From: Oceanispirochaeta sp.
GTDB lineage: Bacteria; Spirochaetota; Spirochaetia; DSM-2461
Assembly: GCA_963666275.2 (NCBI GenBank)
Contig: CAXXOA010000001.1
Span: forward strand, 1,824,001-1,888,000
Direction of reading: 5' to 3'
DNA: 64,000 nt
How positions within the stretch are numbered: position 1 is the stretch's first letter; each line of letters starts with the position of its first letter. The notes under the pieces are model-generated. The model saw only the letters and a program-made list of their open reading frames with translations. It was not told where the DNA came from and did not search any database. Shown here piece after piece: positions 17,180-27,230 of this stretch. Both the position numbers and the translations under genes were made by a program.

Positions 17180-19846
17180 ATGAGTCAAGAAAAGTTAGTT
17201 TATTTTTTTGGTGGAGGATCAGCTGAGGGAAAAGCTGATATGAAAGATTTTCTGGGTGGAAAAGGGGCAAACCTGGCGGAAATGACCAATATAGGCATTC
17301 CTGTCCCTCCGGGATTTACAATCTCTACAAAAGTTTGTGATATATATTATAAAAACGAGAGGACCTATCCTGAATTCGTTGTAAAAGCCGTAGAAGAGAA
17401 CCTTAAAAAACTTGAATCTCAGATGAAAATGACTCTGGGTGATGCCGATAATCCTCTTCTTGTCTCTGTCCGTTCCGGTGCGGCTGTATCCATGCCCGGT
17501 ATGATGGATACGGTTCTGAACCTTGGGCTGACTGAAAAAGCCGTGGAAGGTCTGGCAAAAAAATCCGGTAATGAAAGATTTGCCTGGGATGCGTACAGAC
17601 GTTTTATCCAGATGTTCGGCGATGTTGTAAAGGGTGTTCCCCATTCCTCTTTTGAAGGGGCTCTGGAATCCATCAAAAAAGAAAAAGGCGTCGAGTATGA
17701 TAATGAGCTTGATGCGGCAGATCTGAAAAAGGTCGTCTCCCGGTATCTGTCAGTCTATAAGGATGCGGTGAAAGAACCTTTTCCTCAGGACCCTAAAGTT
17801 CAGCTCTGGGCAGCCATTGATGCTGTATTCGGCTCCTGGAATAATGAAAGAGCCATTAAATACAGAGATATTAATAAGATTGAAGGTCTTATCGGAACAG
17901 CTGTGAATGTACAGTCCATGGTTTTCGGAAACTTTGGCGATACTTCCGGTACAGGAGTCTGTTTTTCAAGAGATCCCTCTACAGGAGAAAACTACTTTTA
18001 CGGTGAGTATCTTATGAATGCCCAGGGAGAAGATGTCGTTGCGGGTATAAGAACCCCTCAGACTCTGAGTTCCCTTAAAGATAACAATCCTGCCGTGTAT
18101 GCACAGCTTGTTGAAATCAAGGACAGGCTGGAAAGTCACTACAGGGATATGCAGGATATGGAGTTTACCATCCAGGATGGACAGCTCTATCTCCTTCAGA
18201 CAAGAAATGGTAAAAGAACCGGCCAGGCCGCCGTACAGATTGCCTATGATCTTGTGAAAGAGAAAATGATAGACAAGGAAGAAGCTGTTATGAGGGTGAC
18301 ACCGGCGCAGCTTGACCAGCTCCTTCACCCCATGATCGATCCAAAAGTGAAAAACGAGATTAAGCCTATTGCAACAGGTCTCAATGCCTCTCCCGGCGCT
18401 GCAACAGGAAAAATTGTTTTTTCCGCGGAGGATGCAGAAGCCTGGTATCTGAGGGGAGAGCAGGTTGTTCTTGTCAGAAAGGAAACGTCTCCTGAAGATA
18501 TCGGAGGAATGAATGTTGCTCAGGGAATCCTGACTTCCACTGGAGGAATGACTTCTCACGCGGCTGTTGTTGCCAGAGGTATGGGAACACCCTGTGTGGC
18601 CGGTTGTAAGGAACTGACAGTGAATGAGCAGATGAAAACACTGACAGTGGGAGATAAGGTTTTCAATGAAGGAAACTGGATCTCTCTGGACGGTACAGAC
18701 GGACAGGTATATGAAGGAACTGTCAATCTTGTTCAGCCTGAACTGTCAGGTAATCTGAATACCTTCCTGACCTGGGCCGATGAGATCCGGAAAGCCGCCA
18801 AAAGAGAAGGGGTTGCCGACGGTTTTGAAATACGGACCAATGCGGATCTGCCCAAGGATGCGGAAAAAGGCCGGGAGTTCGGTGCGGAAGGTATCGGACT
18901 CTGCCGGACAGAGCATATGTTCTTTGATGAGGATAAACTGAAATCCTTCAGAATCATGATTGTGGCAGACAATAAAGAAAGACGTCTTGAGTCTCTCAAA
19001 AAGATCATGGCTCTTCAGGTGGAAGATTTTGAAGGTATTTTCCGCGCTATGAACGGACTTCCTGTCAATATCAGACTGCTTGATCCTCCTCTCCATGAGT
19101 TTGTTCCCCGTTCCAAACGGGATATTGTAGAACTGGCAGATACCATCGGTATCAGCAAGGAAGATCTGCAGATAAGACTGAACAGTCTTGAAGAGCAGAA
19201 CCCCATGCTGGGTCACAGAGGATGCCGTCTGGGTGTTACCTATCCTGAAATCTACGATATGCAGGTGGAGGCCATTGCCAGAGCAGCTGTGAAAGTTCAG
19301 AAAGAGGGTATCAAAGTCCTTCCTGAAATCATGATACCTCTTGTGGGGACCTATAAGGAATTTGTTCCTTTAAGAGAAAATGCAGAGAAGGTTCTGAAGA
19401 GTGTCTTTGAAGAAACCGGTGAATCCGTAGAGTATAAAATCGGAACGATGATTGAAATTCCCCGTGCGGCACTTACAGCCGAAGATATTGCAAAGTACGC
19501 GGACTATTTCTCTTTCGGTACCAACGATCTGACTCAGATGACCTTCGGCTACTCAAGAGATGATGTGGGAACTTTCGTACCCGAGTACATCAACAAGAAA
19601 ATCCTGAAGGCTGATCCTTTTCAGACTCTGGATCAGCATGGTGTGGGACTCCTAGTCGAACTGGGTGTTCAAAAAGGTCGTTCTACCAAAAAGGATCTGA
19701 AAACAAGTATCTGCGGTGAACATGGAGGAGATCCGGAATCTATCGATTTCTGCTATAGAACAGGTTTGAATACCGTATCCTGTTCTCCTTTCCGGGTGCC
19801 TGTAGCCCGACTGGCTGCCGCCCAGGCTGTCGTCAGAAACAGATAA
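17180..19846 (+). CDS. ppdK: Pyruvate, phosphate dikinase
   Basis: GGKGANLAEM, SVRSGA, GGMTSHAAVVAR phospho-His, GTNDLTQ, ICGEHGGDP. Confidence 0.97.
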   Translation: MSQEKLVYFFGGGSAEGKADMKDFLGGKGANLAEMTNIGIPVPPGFTISTKVCDIYYKNERTYPEFVVKAVEENLKKLESQMKMTLGDADNPLLVSVRSGAAVSMPGMMDTVLNLGLTEKAVEGLAKKSGNERFAWDAYRRFIQMFGDVVKGVPHSSFEGALESIKKEKGVEYDNELDAADLKKVVSRYLSVYKDAVKEPFPQDPKVQLWAAIDAVFGSWNNERAIKYRDINKIEGLIGTAVNVQSMVFGNFGDTSGTGVCFSRDPSTGENYFYGEYLMNAQGEDVVAGIRTPQTLSSLKDNNPAVYAQLVEIKDRLESHYRDMQDMEFTIQDGQLYLLQTRNGKRTGQAAVQIAYDLVKEKMIDKEEAVMRVTPAQLDQLLHPMIDPKVKNEIKPIATGLNASPGAATGKIVFSAEDAEAWYLRGEQVVLVRKETSPEDIGGMNVAQGILTSTGGMTSHAAVVARGMGTPCVAGCKELTVNEQMKTLTVGDKVFNEGNWISLDGTDGQVYEGTVNLVQPELSGNLNTFLTWADEIRKAAKREGVADGFEIRTNADLPKDAEKGREFGAEGIGLCRTEHMFFDEDKLKSFRIMIVADNKERRLESLKKIMALQVEDFEGIFRAMNGLPVNIRLLDPPLHEFVPRSKRDIVELADTIGISKEDLQIRLNSLEEQNPMLGHRGCRLGVTYPEIYDMQVEAIARAAVKVQKEGIKVLPEIMIPLVGTYKEFVPLRENAEKVLKSVFEETGESVEYKIGTMIEIPRAALTAEDIAKYADYFSFGTNDLTQMTFGYSRDDVGTFVPEYINKKILKADPFQTLDQHGVGLLVELGVQKGRSTKKDLKTSICGEHGGDPESIDFCYRTGLNTVSCSPFRVPVARLAAAQAVVRNR

Positions 19847-19897
19847 TATTCTGTATTTAAAGGTCTGAATTTTCAGCCTTTTTATAGTATTTGTGTT

Positions 19898-19933
19898 AAG
19901 GGATCACCGGTGTTACCGGCGGTCCCTTTTTTT
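19898..19933 (+). terminator. Intrinsic terminator after ppdK
   Basis: AAGGGATCACCGG...CCGGCGGTCCCTTTTTTT. Confidence 0.75.
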
Positions 19934-20034
19934 GTCCTTTCCCTTCCGCTATTTAGGATCAGTAACTATTGACAATATCTGTATATATCTCTAACGTTCT
20001 TCTCTGAAGACAATATTGATTTGAGGAGTTTTTT

Positions 20035-21672
20035 TTGATTACAGCTAGTAATATCACCCTTTCTTTCGGACATAGAGTACTGTTCAAAGATGTTAATATA
20101 AAGTTTACGCCGGGAAACTGTTATGGTCTCATTGGAGCAAACGGCTCCGGAAAATCTACGTTTCTTAAAATTCTCTCCGGAGAGATAGAACAGGACACAG
20201 GAGAAGTTATTATTCCTCCCGGAATGCGTCTGGCCGTACTGGCTCAGGACCATTTCGCCTTCAATGATTTTACTGTTCTGCATACAGTCATTATGGGTCA
20301 TAAAAAACTGTATGAGGTAATGACCGAAAAAGATGCGATTTACATGAAAGAAGACTTCACTGATGAAGACGGTATCCGTGCTTCTGAACTGGAGGCTGAA
20401 TTTGCCGATCTGAACGGATGGGAAGCGGAAAGTGAAGCGGGAACACTCCTGGCCGGTCTGGGTGTTCCCGAAGATTTTATGGACAAACAGATGAAGGACG
20501 TGGATGACACCTATAAGGTCAGGATCCTTCTGGCACAGGCCATCTTCGGTAATCCTGACATTCTGCTCCTGGACGAACCGACAAACCACCTGGATATCGA
20601 ATCCATCAAATGGCTTGAAAATTTTCTTTTCAACTTTCAGAACACTGTTATTGTTGTTTCCCATGACAGACACTTTCTGAATAAAGTCTGTACCCATATT
20701 GCGGATATTGACTACAACAAGATACAGGTTTATGTGGGTAACTATATGTTCTGGCAGCAGGCCAGTCAGATGGCTGCTGCACAGCGAAAGGATCAGGCCA
20801 AAAAACAGGAAGCCAAAGCGGCTGAGCTGAAGGCCTTTATTCAGCGATTCTCTGCCAATGCGGCCAAGAGTAAACAGGCTACGTCCCGTAAAAAAGAACT
20901 TGAGAAGCTTGAACTCAATGAATTGCCCAGAACGTCACGGCGCTTTCCCTATGTTGCCTTTGAACCTGAACGGGAACCGGGGAAGATTATCCTTGAAGTA
21001 GAAGGACTTTCAAAAACAGTCGACGGTGAAAAACTCTTTGAAAATCTGGATTTCTTTGTAGATAGTACCGATAAAATCGGATTTGTCGGGCCTGACAATC
21101 AGGCCAAAACAGCGTTTATGGAAATTATCATGGGTAATATGGAACCCGATGCTGGTACTTTCAACTGGGGAGTGACAACGACAACATCCTATTTTCCGAA
21201 AGATAATACGGAATTTTTTGATACAGACGAGAACATGACAGAGTGGCTCAGAAAATATTCTAAAGAACAGGATGACTCCTATGTCAGAGGCTTTCTGGGA
21301 AGGATGCTTTTTTCCGGAGATGAGTCTCTGAAAAAGGTCAATATCCTCTCGGGAGGGGAAAAGGTCCGCTGTATGCTTTCAAAAATGATGCTCAGCGAAC
21401 CCAATGTGGTTGTCATGGATGATCCCACTGCTCACCTTGACCTGGAATCTATCACCTCCCTGAATAATGGCCTGATTGATTTTAAAGGGGTTGTTATCTT
21501 CTCCAGTCATGACCATCAGTTCATAAATACTGTGGCCAACAGGATTGTGGAGTTCACTCCGGGGGGAGTTATTGACCGGAGGATGACTTTTGAAGAATAC
21601 CTTGAATCTGCAGATGTGAATGCTCTGAGAGATAAAATGTATGGGGGCAGCCATCAGCGGATGATGCTCTAG
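20035..21672 (+). CDS. ABC-F ATPase (YbiT/YkpA-like ribosome-associated factor)
   Basis: Two ABC domains (GANGSGKST, LLLDEPTNHLD; LSGGEK), linker QATSRKK, no TM; TTG start after GAGGAG. Confidence 0.92.
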   Translation: MITASNITLSFGHRVLFKDVNIKFTPGNCYGLIGANGSGKSTFLKILSGEIEQDTGEVIIPPGMRLAVLAQDHFAFNDFTVLHTVIMGHKKLYEVMTEKDAIYMKEDFTDEDGIRASELEAEFADLNGWEAESEAGTLLAGLGVPEDFMDKQMKDVDDTYKVRILLAQAIFGNPDILLLDEPTNHLDIESIKWLENFLFNFQNTVIVVSHDRHFLNKVCTHIADIDYNKIQVYVGNYMFWQQASQMAAAQRKDQAKKQEAKAAELKAFIQRFSANAAKSKQATSRKKELEKLELNELPRTSRRFPYVAFEPEREPGKIILEVEGLSKTVDGEKLFENLDFFVDSTDKIGFVGPDNQAKTAFMEIIMGNMEPDAGTFNWGVTTTTSYFPKDNTEFFDTDENMTEWLRKYSKEQDDSYVRGFLGRMLFSGDESLKKVNILSGGEKVRCMLSKMMLSEPNVVVMDDPTAHLDLESITSLNNGLIDFKGVVIFSSHDHQFINTVANRIVEFTPGGVIDRRMTFEEYLESADVNALRDKMYGGSHQRMML

Positions 21673-21681
21673 CAGAAAGAG

Positions 21682-21710
21682 GGGACTGTATTCTTACAGT
21701 CCCTTTTTTT
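21682..21710 (+). terminator. Intrinsic terminator after ABC-F
   Basis: GGGACTGTA...TACAGTCCC-T7. Confidence 0.8.
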
Positions 21711-21726
21711 AAGGAGGATTTCCTGT

Positions 21727-22278
21727 ATGTTTCTGGAAACCGAACGACTGATCATACGCTCCCTGAAGGCCGAAGATATTCCGGCCCTGCAGGATTATTA
21801 CATAAGGAATCGTGATTTTCTTCAGCCCTGGGAACCTTTAAGGAACGAAAGCTACTACTCCCGGGAATCCCTTGCAAATATGGTAAAAGCTGAAGAGATT
21901 GAAGAGATCCGCCGGAAAGCATTCAGGGGATATCTGTTTCTCAAAGAGACTTCACAGAAGATCATAGGTTTCACAGGCCTGACAAACATCCAGTCCGCTT
22001 ACGATCAATCCGCTCGGGTAGGGTATAAACTTGATAAACAGTATATCAATAAAGGTTATATAACCGAGGCTCTGGTATCCCTGATAAGCTTTGGATTTCA
22101 GACAGAATCTCTGCACAGGCTGGAAGCCCATGTGATGCCGAAAAACCTGGCGTCACAGAGAGTAATGGAGAAACTGCATTTCAAAAAAGAGGGAGTGAGT
22201 CTTCATTTCAGAAAAATCAATGGTGCCTGGGAAGATCATATTCTCTATGCCCTGATTAATTCAGGAGTGGAGATCTAG
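21727..22278 (+). CDS. RimJ-like GNAT acetyltransferase
   Basis: LETERLIIR, NRDFLQPWEP, LHRLEAHVMPKNLAS, INGAWEDH. Confidence 0.88.
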   Translation: MFLETERLIIRSLKAEDIPALQDYYIRNRDFLQPWEPLRNESYYSRESLANMVKAEEIEEIRRKAFRGYLFLKETSQKIIGFTGLTNIQSAYDQSARVGYKLDKQYINKGYITEALVSLISFGFQTESLHRLEAHVMPKNLASQRVMEKLHFKKEGVSLHFRKINGAWEDHILYALINSGVEI

Positions 22279-22280
22279 TC

Positions 22281-22940
22281 TCAGTCGTTCCCCTTATAGA
22301 GCGGCATATGAAGGGATAATACCGCAAAGCCGGATGAGAGATCTTCCATGACAACAAGTATATTGTCTCTGACTTTCAATTTTATATTGGTAAAGTTCCA
22401 TATTGCCTTGATATCCGTATCATTGAGGATATCTGCCACAGACTGGGCATGTACGGGAGGAACAGTCAGAATTGCCAGAGTGGCTTTGGTTTCTGCAATG
22501 ATCTGAACCAGATTATTTATATCCTGGATGATAAGACCGTTTTTTTCTTTTCCGATTTTATTTTCGTCAGCATCAGTAATGGCTACAATATTCAGACCAT
22601 GGTTTTTCAGTTCACGATATCCCATGAGAGCGGATCCGAGGTTTCCTGATCCGATAATGACGGCTTTATGGGCTTTATCCCAGTTGAGAAACGCCTCGAT
22701 AGACTGAATCAGATCTGAGACCTGATAACCGATCCGGGGCTTTCCTGTAATACCGGTAACCGCAAGATCTTTTCTTACCTGTATGGGTTCCAGGTCCAGA
22801 TCTTTTGCTATGGTGGTTGCCGATATGATGGAAACACCATCCTCTTCCGCTCTTTTCACTAAATTCAAATAAGAGGGTAATCTTTTTATTGTGGGTATGC
22901 TTGCTACTGATTGCTTGAAATTTTCACTAATTTTGCTCAT
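22281..22940 (-). CDS. rex: Redox-sensing transcriptional repressor Rex
   Basis: PTIKRLPSY, QVRKDL..G..IGY, IIGSGNLGSAL, AIWNF. Confidence 0.92.
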   Translation of the reverse strand: MSKISENFKQSVASIPTIKRLPSYLNLVKRAEEDGVSIISATTIAKDLDLEPIQVRKDLAVTGITGKPRIGYQVSDLIQSIEAFLNWDKAHKAVIIGSGNLGSALMGYRELKNHGLNIVAITDADENKIGKEKNGLIIQDINNLVQIIAETKATLAILTVPPVHAQSVADILNDTDIKAIWNFTNIKLKVRDNILVVMEDLSSGFAVLSLHMPLYKGND

Positions 22941-22985
22941 ATATCTTTCCGTTGGAACCTATTATTGGCATAATACTATTATAAT

Positions 22986-24155
22986 ATGAAAAAAATGAAA
23001 AGATGGATTTCATCAGGAAATGCATCAGAAGAGAATATATTGCAGAATATTTATATAGAAACGATTGTTTCCGGAGGCGATGGCCTTGCCAGAGCAGAAG
23101 GGAAAGTTGTGTTTGTACCACTTGTCATTCCCGGCGAAACTATCGATTTATCGATTATTGAAGAGAAGAAAAAATTTCGCAGGGGCATCTGCCGTCAAAT
23201 TATTAAACCCTCCGAACATCGTTTGGAACCGTTCTGTCCTTACTATGGAGTCTGCGGAGGCTGTAATCTCCAGCATATGGATTATGATTATCAGTTACAG
23301 GTAAAAAAGGAGATCCTTAAAGATCTTTTCAGAAAGTTTGCCGGTATAGAGCTGCATCAGGACGTCAGGTTTGTTCCTTCACCACCTCTCGCATACAGAC
23401 ATAGAATTCAGATCCATTCAGATGGTAAAGCTGTGGGCTTTAAAAAGCGGGGCAGTGATGCGATTGCCGCGATAGAGAAATGCCCTCTTCTGACAGAACC
23501 CCTGAATTCCCATATAGCTGCACTGTCTCCCGATTCTTTCCGGGGGCGGAAAATGCTCTTTAACCAGGGAGATTCCATTTTCGAAGAGGGTGATGAGAGA
23601 GAGATCTCCTACGAACTCCTCGACAGAACAATCCGCTTCCGGGCGGATCTCTTTTTTCAGAGCAACCATTTCCTCCTTCCTGAACTTGTCAAATATGTTA
23701 TGGAGGATCTTTCACCGGGAGAGGAAGCTCTGGACCTCTACTGCGGAACCGGACTGTTTTCCCTTTTCCTGAAAGACAGGTATAAAAAAATTACAGCCAT
23801 TGAAATGAATCCTCTTACAGAAAAATACTATCACAGTAATATGAAAGGGAGCGATTACAGCTATTACGGATTTTCACTGGAACAGTGGATCAGGAAAGGC
23901 CTTCACAGGAAGCATCGCCATCTTGACCTTGTGATTGTTGATCCTCCCCGGACCGGTCTTTCAGAATCTGTCAGATCATTCCTGACGCAGTGTTCCATCG
24001 ATAAACTTATCTATGTCTCCTGTGATCCTGTGACTCAGGCAAGAGATACAAAGATTCTTCTGGAAAAGGGATATATAATGGAGGATATGCGCGGGTTTGA
24101 TTTCTACCCCCATTCAAATCATATGGAAAATGTGGTGAAATTCACCAGGAACTGA
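22986..24155 (+). CDS. rlmD: 23S rRNA m5U methyltransferase (RlmD/TrmA family, TRAM + Fe-S)
   Basis: CPYYGVCGGCNLQH, FFQSN, DLYCGTG, VDPPRTG, YVSCDP; exact start uncertain. Confidence 0.85.
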   Translation: MKKMKRWISSGNASEENILQNIYIETIVSGGDGLARAEGKVVFVPLVIPGETIDLSIIEEKKKFRRGICRQIIKPSEHRLEPFCPYYGVCGGCNLQHMDYDYQLQVKKEILKDLFRKFAGIELHQDVRFVPSPPLAYRHRIQIHSDGKAVGFKKRGSDAIAAIEKCPLLTEPLNSHIAALSPDSFRGRKMLFNQGDSIFEEGDEREISYELLDRTIRFRADLFFQSNHFLLPELVKYVMEDLSPGEEALDLYCGTGLFSLFLKDRYKKITAIEMNPLTEKYYHSNMKGSDYSYYGFSLEQWIRKGLHRKHRHLDLVIVDPPRTGLSESVRSFLTQCSIDKLIYVSCDPVTQARDTKILLEKGYIMEDMRGFDFYPHSNHMENVVKFTRN

Positions 24156-24160
24156 TCATA

Positions 24161-25591
24161 ATGAACCGGAGATACACGATACTGCTGATTCTCTCCCTGC
24201 TGCTTCAGAATCTGACTGCCGCTACCTGGGAAACAGCTATTGCCGGTGTGATTACGACCCCTCCCGCGGAAGGACTGGACGGTAGAATTTTCTGTACGGC
24301 AGATGACAGGGCTCTTCACGCCCTGAATGGTGTAAGCGGCCGGGAGTACTGGAGTTACCGTCCCGGCAGAAAACTCATCGGGTATACAACGGTCTCACCC
24401 GACGGAATCATCTATATACAGACCGAAAGAAATGAACTGATTGCTGTCAGTCCCGGAGGATGGGAGCTCTGGAGGTATTCCCTGGGAGCTGCGCCTGCAG
24501 CGGCCCCTGCAATTGATCCTTTCGGTCGAATCTTTATTCTGACTGGAGATCATATCCTCCATATACTAGACAGGCTGGGCAGAGGAGAAAAATACAGATT
24601 CCCCTCTGCTGACTATAGCGGGCTCTACAGTTTTGATAACCATCTTGTATTGAAAACCTCTGATACCCTTGAAATCTATACCCTGCCGGACAAACTGGAG
24701 AAAACTATCGATATTGCCGTTGAATATCTTCTGATCAGAGAAGATTCCTTCACTTTGAAGGGAAAAAACGGGGCATGGAATTCTCTGGATTTCAATGATT
24801 TTTCTCTGCAGAGTATTCAGCCTCCTGTAGATGAGGGACTCCTTTATCCCCAGCCTGAACTCCTTATTACAGATGCGGGAAGGATTGTCTCGGGCAGAAA
24901 AGACTGGTTTATGGAAGCCTATCAGGAAGGCATAGACTCCTATGAGAGTTATTTTCAGTTCGGCTGCAATTCATCCCGGACCAATTCTCCCCGGATAAAT
25001 CTTCTTTCCGCGGAAAAGGACAGACTCTTTGCCCGGGGATACAGCGACTTTATCCTGGATGATCCTTCCTATCTGAATGAGATCCTGAAAGAACTGGAAG
25101 ATCAGAAGACCTTTCACCAGCTCTTAAACAATCATCCCGATTATGACCTGTTTCTGCAGGAACTTCTCAAAAACCGGGCCATCATCAACAACTACAGGGA
25201 AAACCCTGTTTCACCCGATCTCTACAGCCAGTTCCGGATGTACCTTCTTCTGACTCGCTGGGGAGATCTCAGAACCCGAGATGCCGTCATAGGGCTTAGC
25301 CGTCTGGAAGACGATCCTGTCAGTCTTTCCATTCTGATTACTGGCCTTGGAAGGATCGGAGCCGACAGGGACGGAAGGAGCATGAATGCCATATTTGATA
25401 TAATACGCCGGGAGAGGGGAAATGAAGCCCTCTATCAGAACGCCCTGAAAGCGGCATTCGAAATCGGCCGTTACAACGGGGAAAACTCCATGATAACATT
25501 TTTTCAGATATTGCAGTTTGTCACTGATCAGACACGTTCTCCTTCTACGAAAAATTTAATACAGCAGATTATCAGGGAAATTCATAACTGA
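24161..25591 (+). CDS. Exported hypothetical protein with PQQ-like beta-propeller repeats and a helical C-terminus
   Basis: Signal peptide; LHALN..SGREYWSY and LIAVSPGGWELWRY repeats. Confidence 0.65.
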   Translation: MNRRYTILLILSLLLQNLTAATWETAIAGVITTPPAEGLDGRIFCTADDRALHALNGVSGREYWSYRPGRKLIGYTTVSPDGIIYIQTERNELIAVSPGGWELWRYSLGAAPAAAPAIDPFGRIFILTGDHILHILDRLGRGEKYRFPSADYSGLYSFDNHLVLKTSDTLEIYTLPDKLEKTIDIAVEYLLIREDSFTLKGKNGAWNSLDFNDFSLQSIQPPVDEGLLYPQPELLITDAGRIVSGRKDWFMEAYQEGIDSYESYFQFGCNSSRTNSPRINLLSAEKDRLFARGYSDFILDDPSYLNEILKELEDQKTFHQLLNNHPDYDLFLQELLKNRAIINNYRENPVSPDLYSQFRMYLLLTRWGDLRTRDAVIGLSRLEDDPVSLSILITGLGRIGADRDGRSMNAIFDIIRRERGNEALYQNALKAAFEIGRYNGENSMITFFQILQFVTDQTRSPSTKNLIQQIIREIHN

Positions 25592-25677
25592 AAAGATAGT
25601 GAAAAAACAAGCTGATTTTTCTTGATATCATTCCTATAATAATAAGTAATCGTTAAGAAATCAGAGGGAGCTGTCAA

Positions 25678-27207
25678 TTGAAGAAATCTATTGCTCTATT
25701 GTTTATGGTCCTATCCTTTCTGCTTCCAGTTACGGCCCAGACCGTTTCTGAAGAAGAGATCCTTTCTATAAGTGATCAGACCGGGGATATCCTTTTTGAA
25801 AACTATGTCGGTCCCGTTACAGTCTTCAATACCCGGGAGGAAATCACCGGGATAGGGCTTTTTCTGGGCACCAGGAGTTCAGAATCTCCGTCTTGGGGAA
25901 ATAAATATCAGCTGTATCACTCCTATCAGCCCGAAATTCCTGAAGGGCTGGATGGAGACATCCTTGTCCTTCTTCCCGATGCGGGGGTGGATCATATCAG
26001 AAATCTGAGGATGATCCTTTCCGGGTATCTGCAGGGAGTATACAGCTACGAACAGAAACGGGCGGACGTACTGGCAGAGTTTATAACCTATTACAATGCC
26101 ATCTACTACAAAAACCTCACCCATTTCACTTCACGGTACAAAGAGGGAGTTCTCCAGTATCTTTCAGCCCAGAATGCCGGATTATCAACACATTTCAGTG
26201 AATGGGCCGGAAAATCCAGGATTGTAATACCGGTAAAGTCAGACAGGGCTCTTCAGGAGGATCAGGAGGCTCAACCCGGACTGGATACCTCTATTATTTC
26301 CCAGCCGGAAGTGGTTGAGGAAATGCGGAAAGAAGAGGATAAAGCTCTTGATACCAGAAAAGAGATGGTTGAGATCCGGGAGGAAGAGCTGGATCAGCAG
26401 CAGGAGGTTCTGGACCGGAAACAGGATGAACTCCAGCAGGAGGAGAACGCTGTTGACGAGCAGATCAGAGAACAGCAGGAAATAATTGCATCCGCAGAAG
26501 AGGACTCTCCGGAAGCACAGGAGGCTCAGGAAGAGCTCAAAACCCTGGAAGAGGAAAAGGAAGTCATCCAGGAGGAAAAGGAAGTTCTGGAGGAGAAACA
26601 GGAAGAGATCCGCAAGGAACAGGAAGAGGTCTTTGAAATGCGAGAGGATATCGCGGAGGATGAGAATACCCTGAACCGCCAGGAGGACGTTATTCCTTCG
26701 GCCGGGCTGATAGCTTCTAGCGACACAAAAGCTCTCTGGTTTATTAAAATAGACGAATCAGGAACCCCCTCTTCTTTCGGGCGTCTGTGTAAAATTGCAG
26801 AGAACGGGGAGATCCTTCAGGAATCCCCTTTAAACAGTATCCGGGGAAATTCCATTATTGATTCGGGAGAGAACATCGTTGTGATCGCCGGAAATGAAGG
26901 GGCTAATACCAGCGTAAAACCCGTACTGATTGACAAGGAAACCCTGGAAGTTGCCAAACAGGGAGATCTGGCTGTTTATGCCGGAAACAGGATATGGACA
27001 GATGACAGGAATCTCTTTATTATAACCCGCAATAATTCGGACTGGGTTCTTGGTAAATATACCTATGATTTGGTTTTACAGGAGACCAGTGAAATCAGGA
27101 TACATCCTGATACGCCAATACTTTTCGATGGGGATTCGGTATTGATTCAAAATGCGAATGGAGACATTTCAGTTTTATCTGTACAGGATCTTTCAGAAAT
27201 ACAATGA
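25678..27207 (+). CDS. P83/100 family spirochaetal protein
   Basis: FENYVGP, VDHIRNLRMILSGYL, LAEFITYYNA, acidic coiled-coil centre; TTG start. Confidence 0.8.
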   Translation: MKKSIALLFMVLSFLLPVTAQTVSEEEILSISDQTGDILFENYVGPVTVFNTREEITGIGLFLGTRSSESPSWGNKYQLYHSYQPEIPEGLDGDILVLLPDAGVDHIRNLRMILSGYLQGVYSYEQKRADVLAEFITYYNAIYYKNLTHFTSRYKEGVLQYLSAQNAGLSTHFSEWAGKSRIVIPVKSDRALQEDQEAQPGLDTSIISQPEVVEEMRKEEDKALDTRKEMVEIREEELDQQQEVLDRKQDELQQEENAVDEQIREQQEIIASAEEDSPEAQEAQEELKTLEEEKEVIQEEKEVLEEKQEEIRKEQEEVFEMREDIAEDENTLNRQEDVIPSAGLIASSDTKALWFIKIDESGTPSSFGRLCKIAENGEILQESPLNSIRGNSIIDSGENIVVIAGNEGANTSVKPVLIDKETLEVAKQGDLAVYAGNRIWTDDRNLFIITRNNSDWVLGKYTYDLVLQETSEIRIHPDTPILFDGDSVLIQNANGDISVLSVQDLSEIQ

Positions 27208-27230
27208 GATTACACAGATAAGGAGCTCAA

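Noticed and set aside
20021..20037. Poly-T tract between the SD and TTG start of ABC-F as a phase-variation switch
   Set aside because: Short run; T-rich SD spacers are common and there is no evidence of length variation
26300..26690. GAG/CAG-rich repetitive DNA in P83/100 (and 3580-3900 in batC) as tandem repeats or CRISPR
   Set aside because: Explained by Glu/Gln-rich coiled-coil coding; no fixed repeat-spacer periodicity
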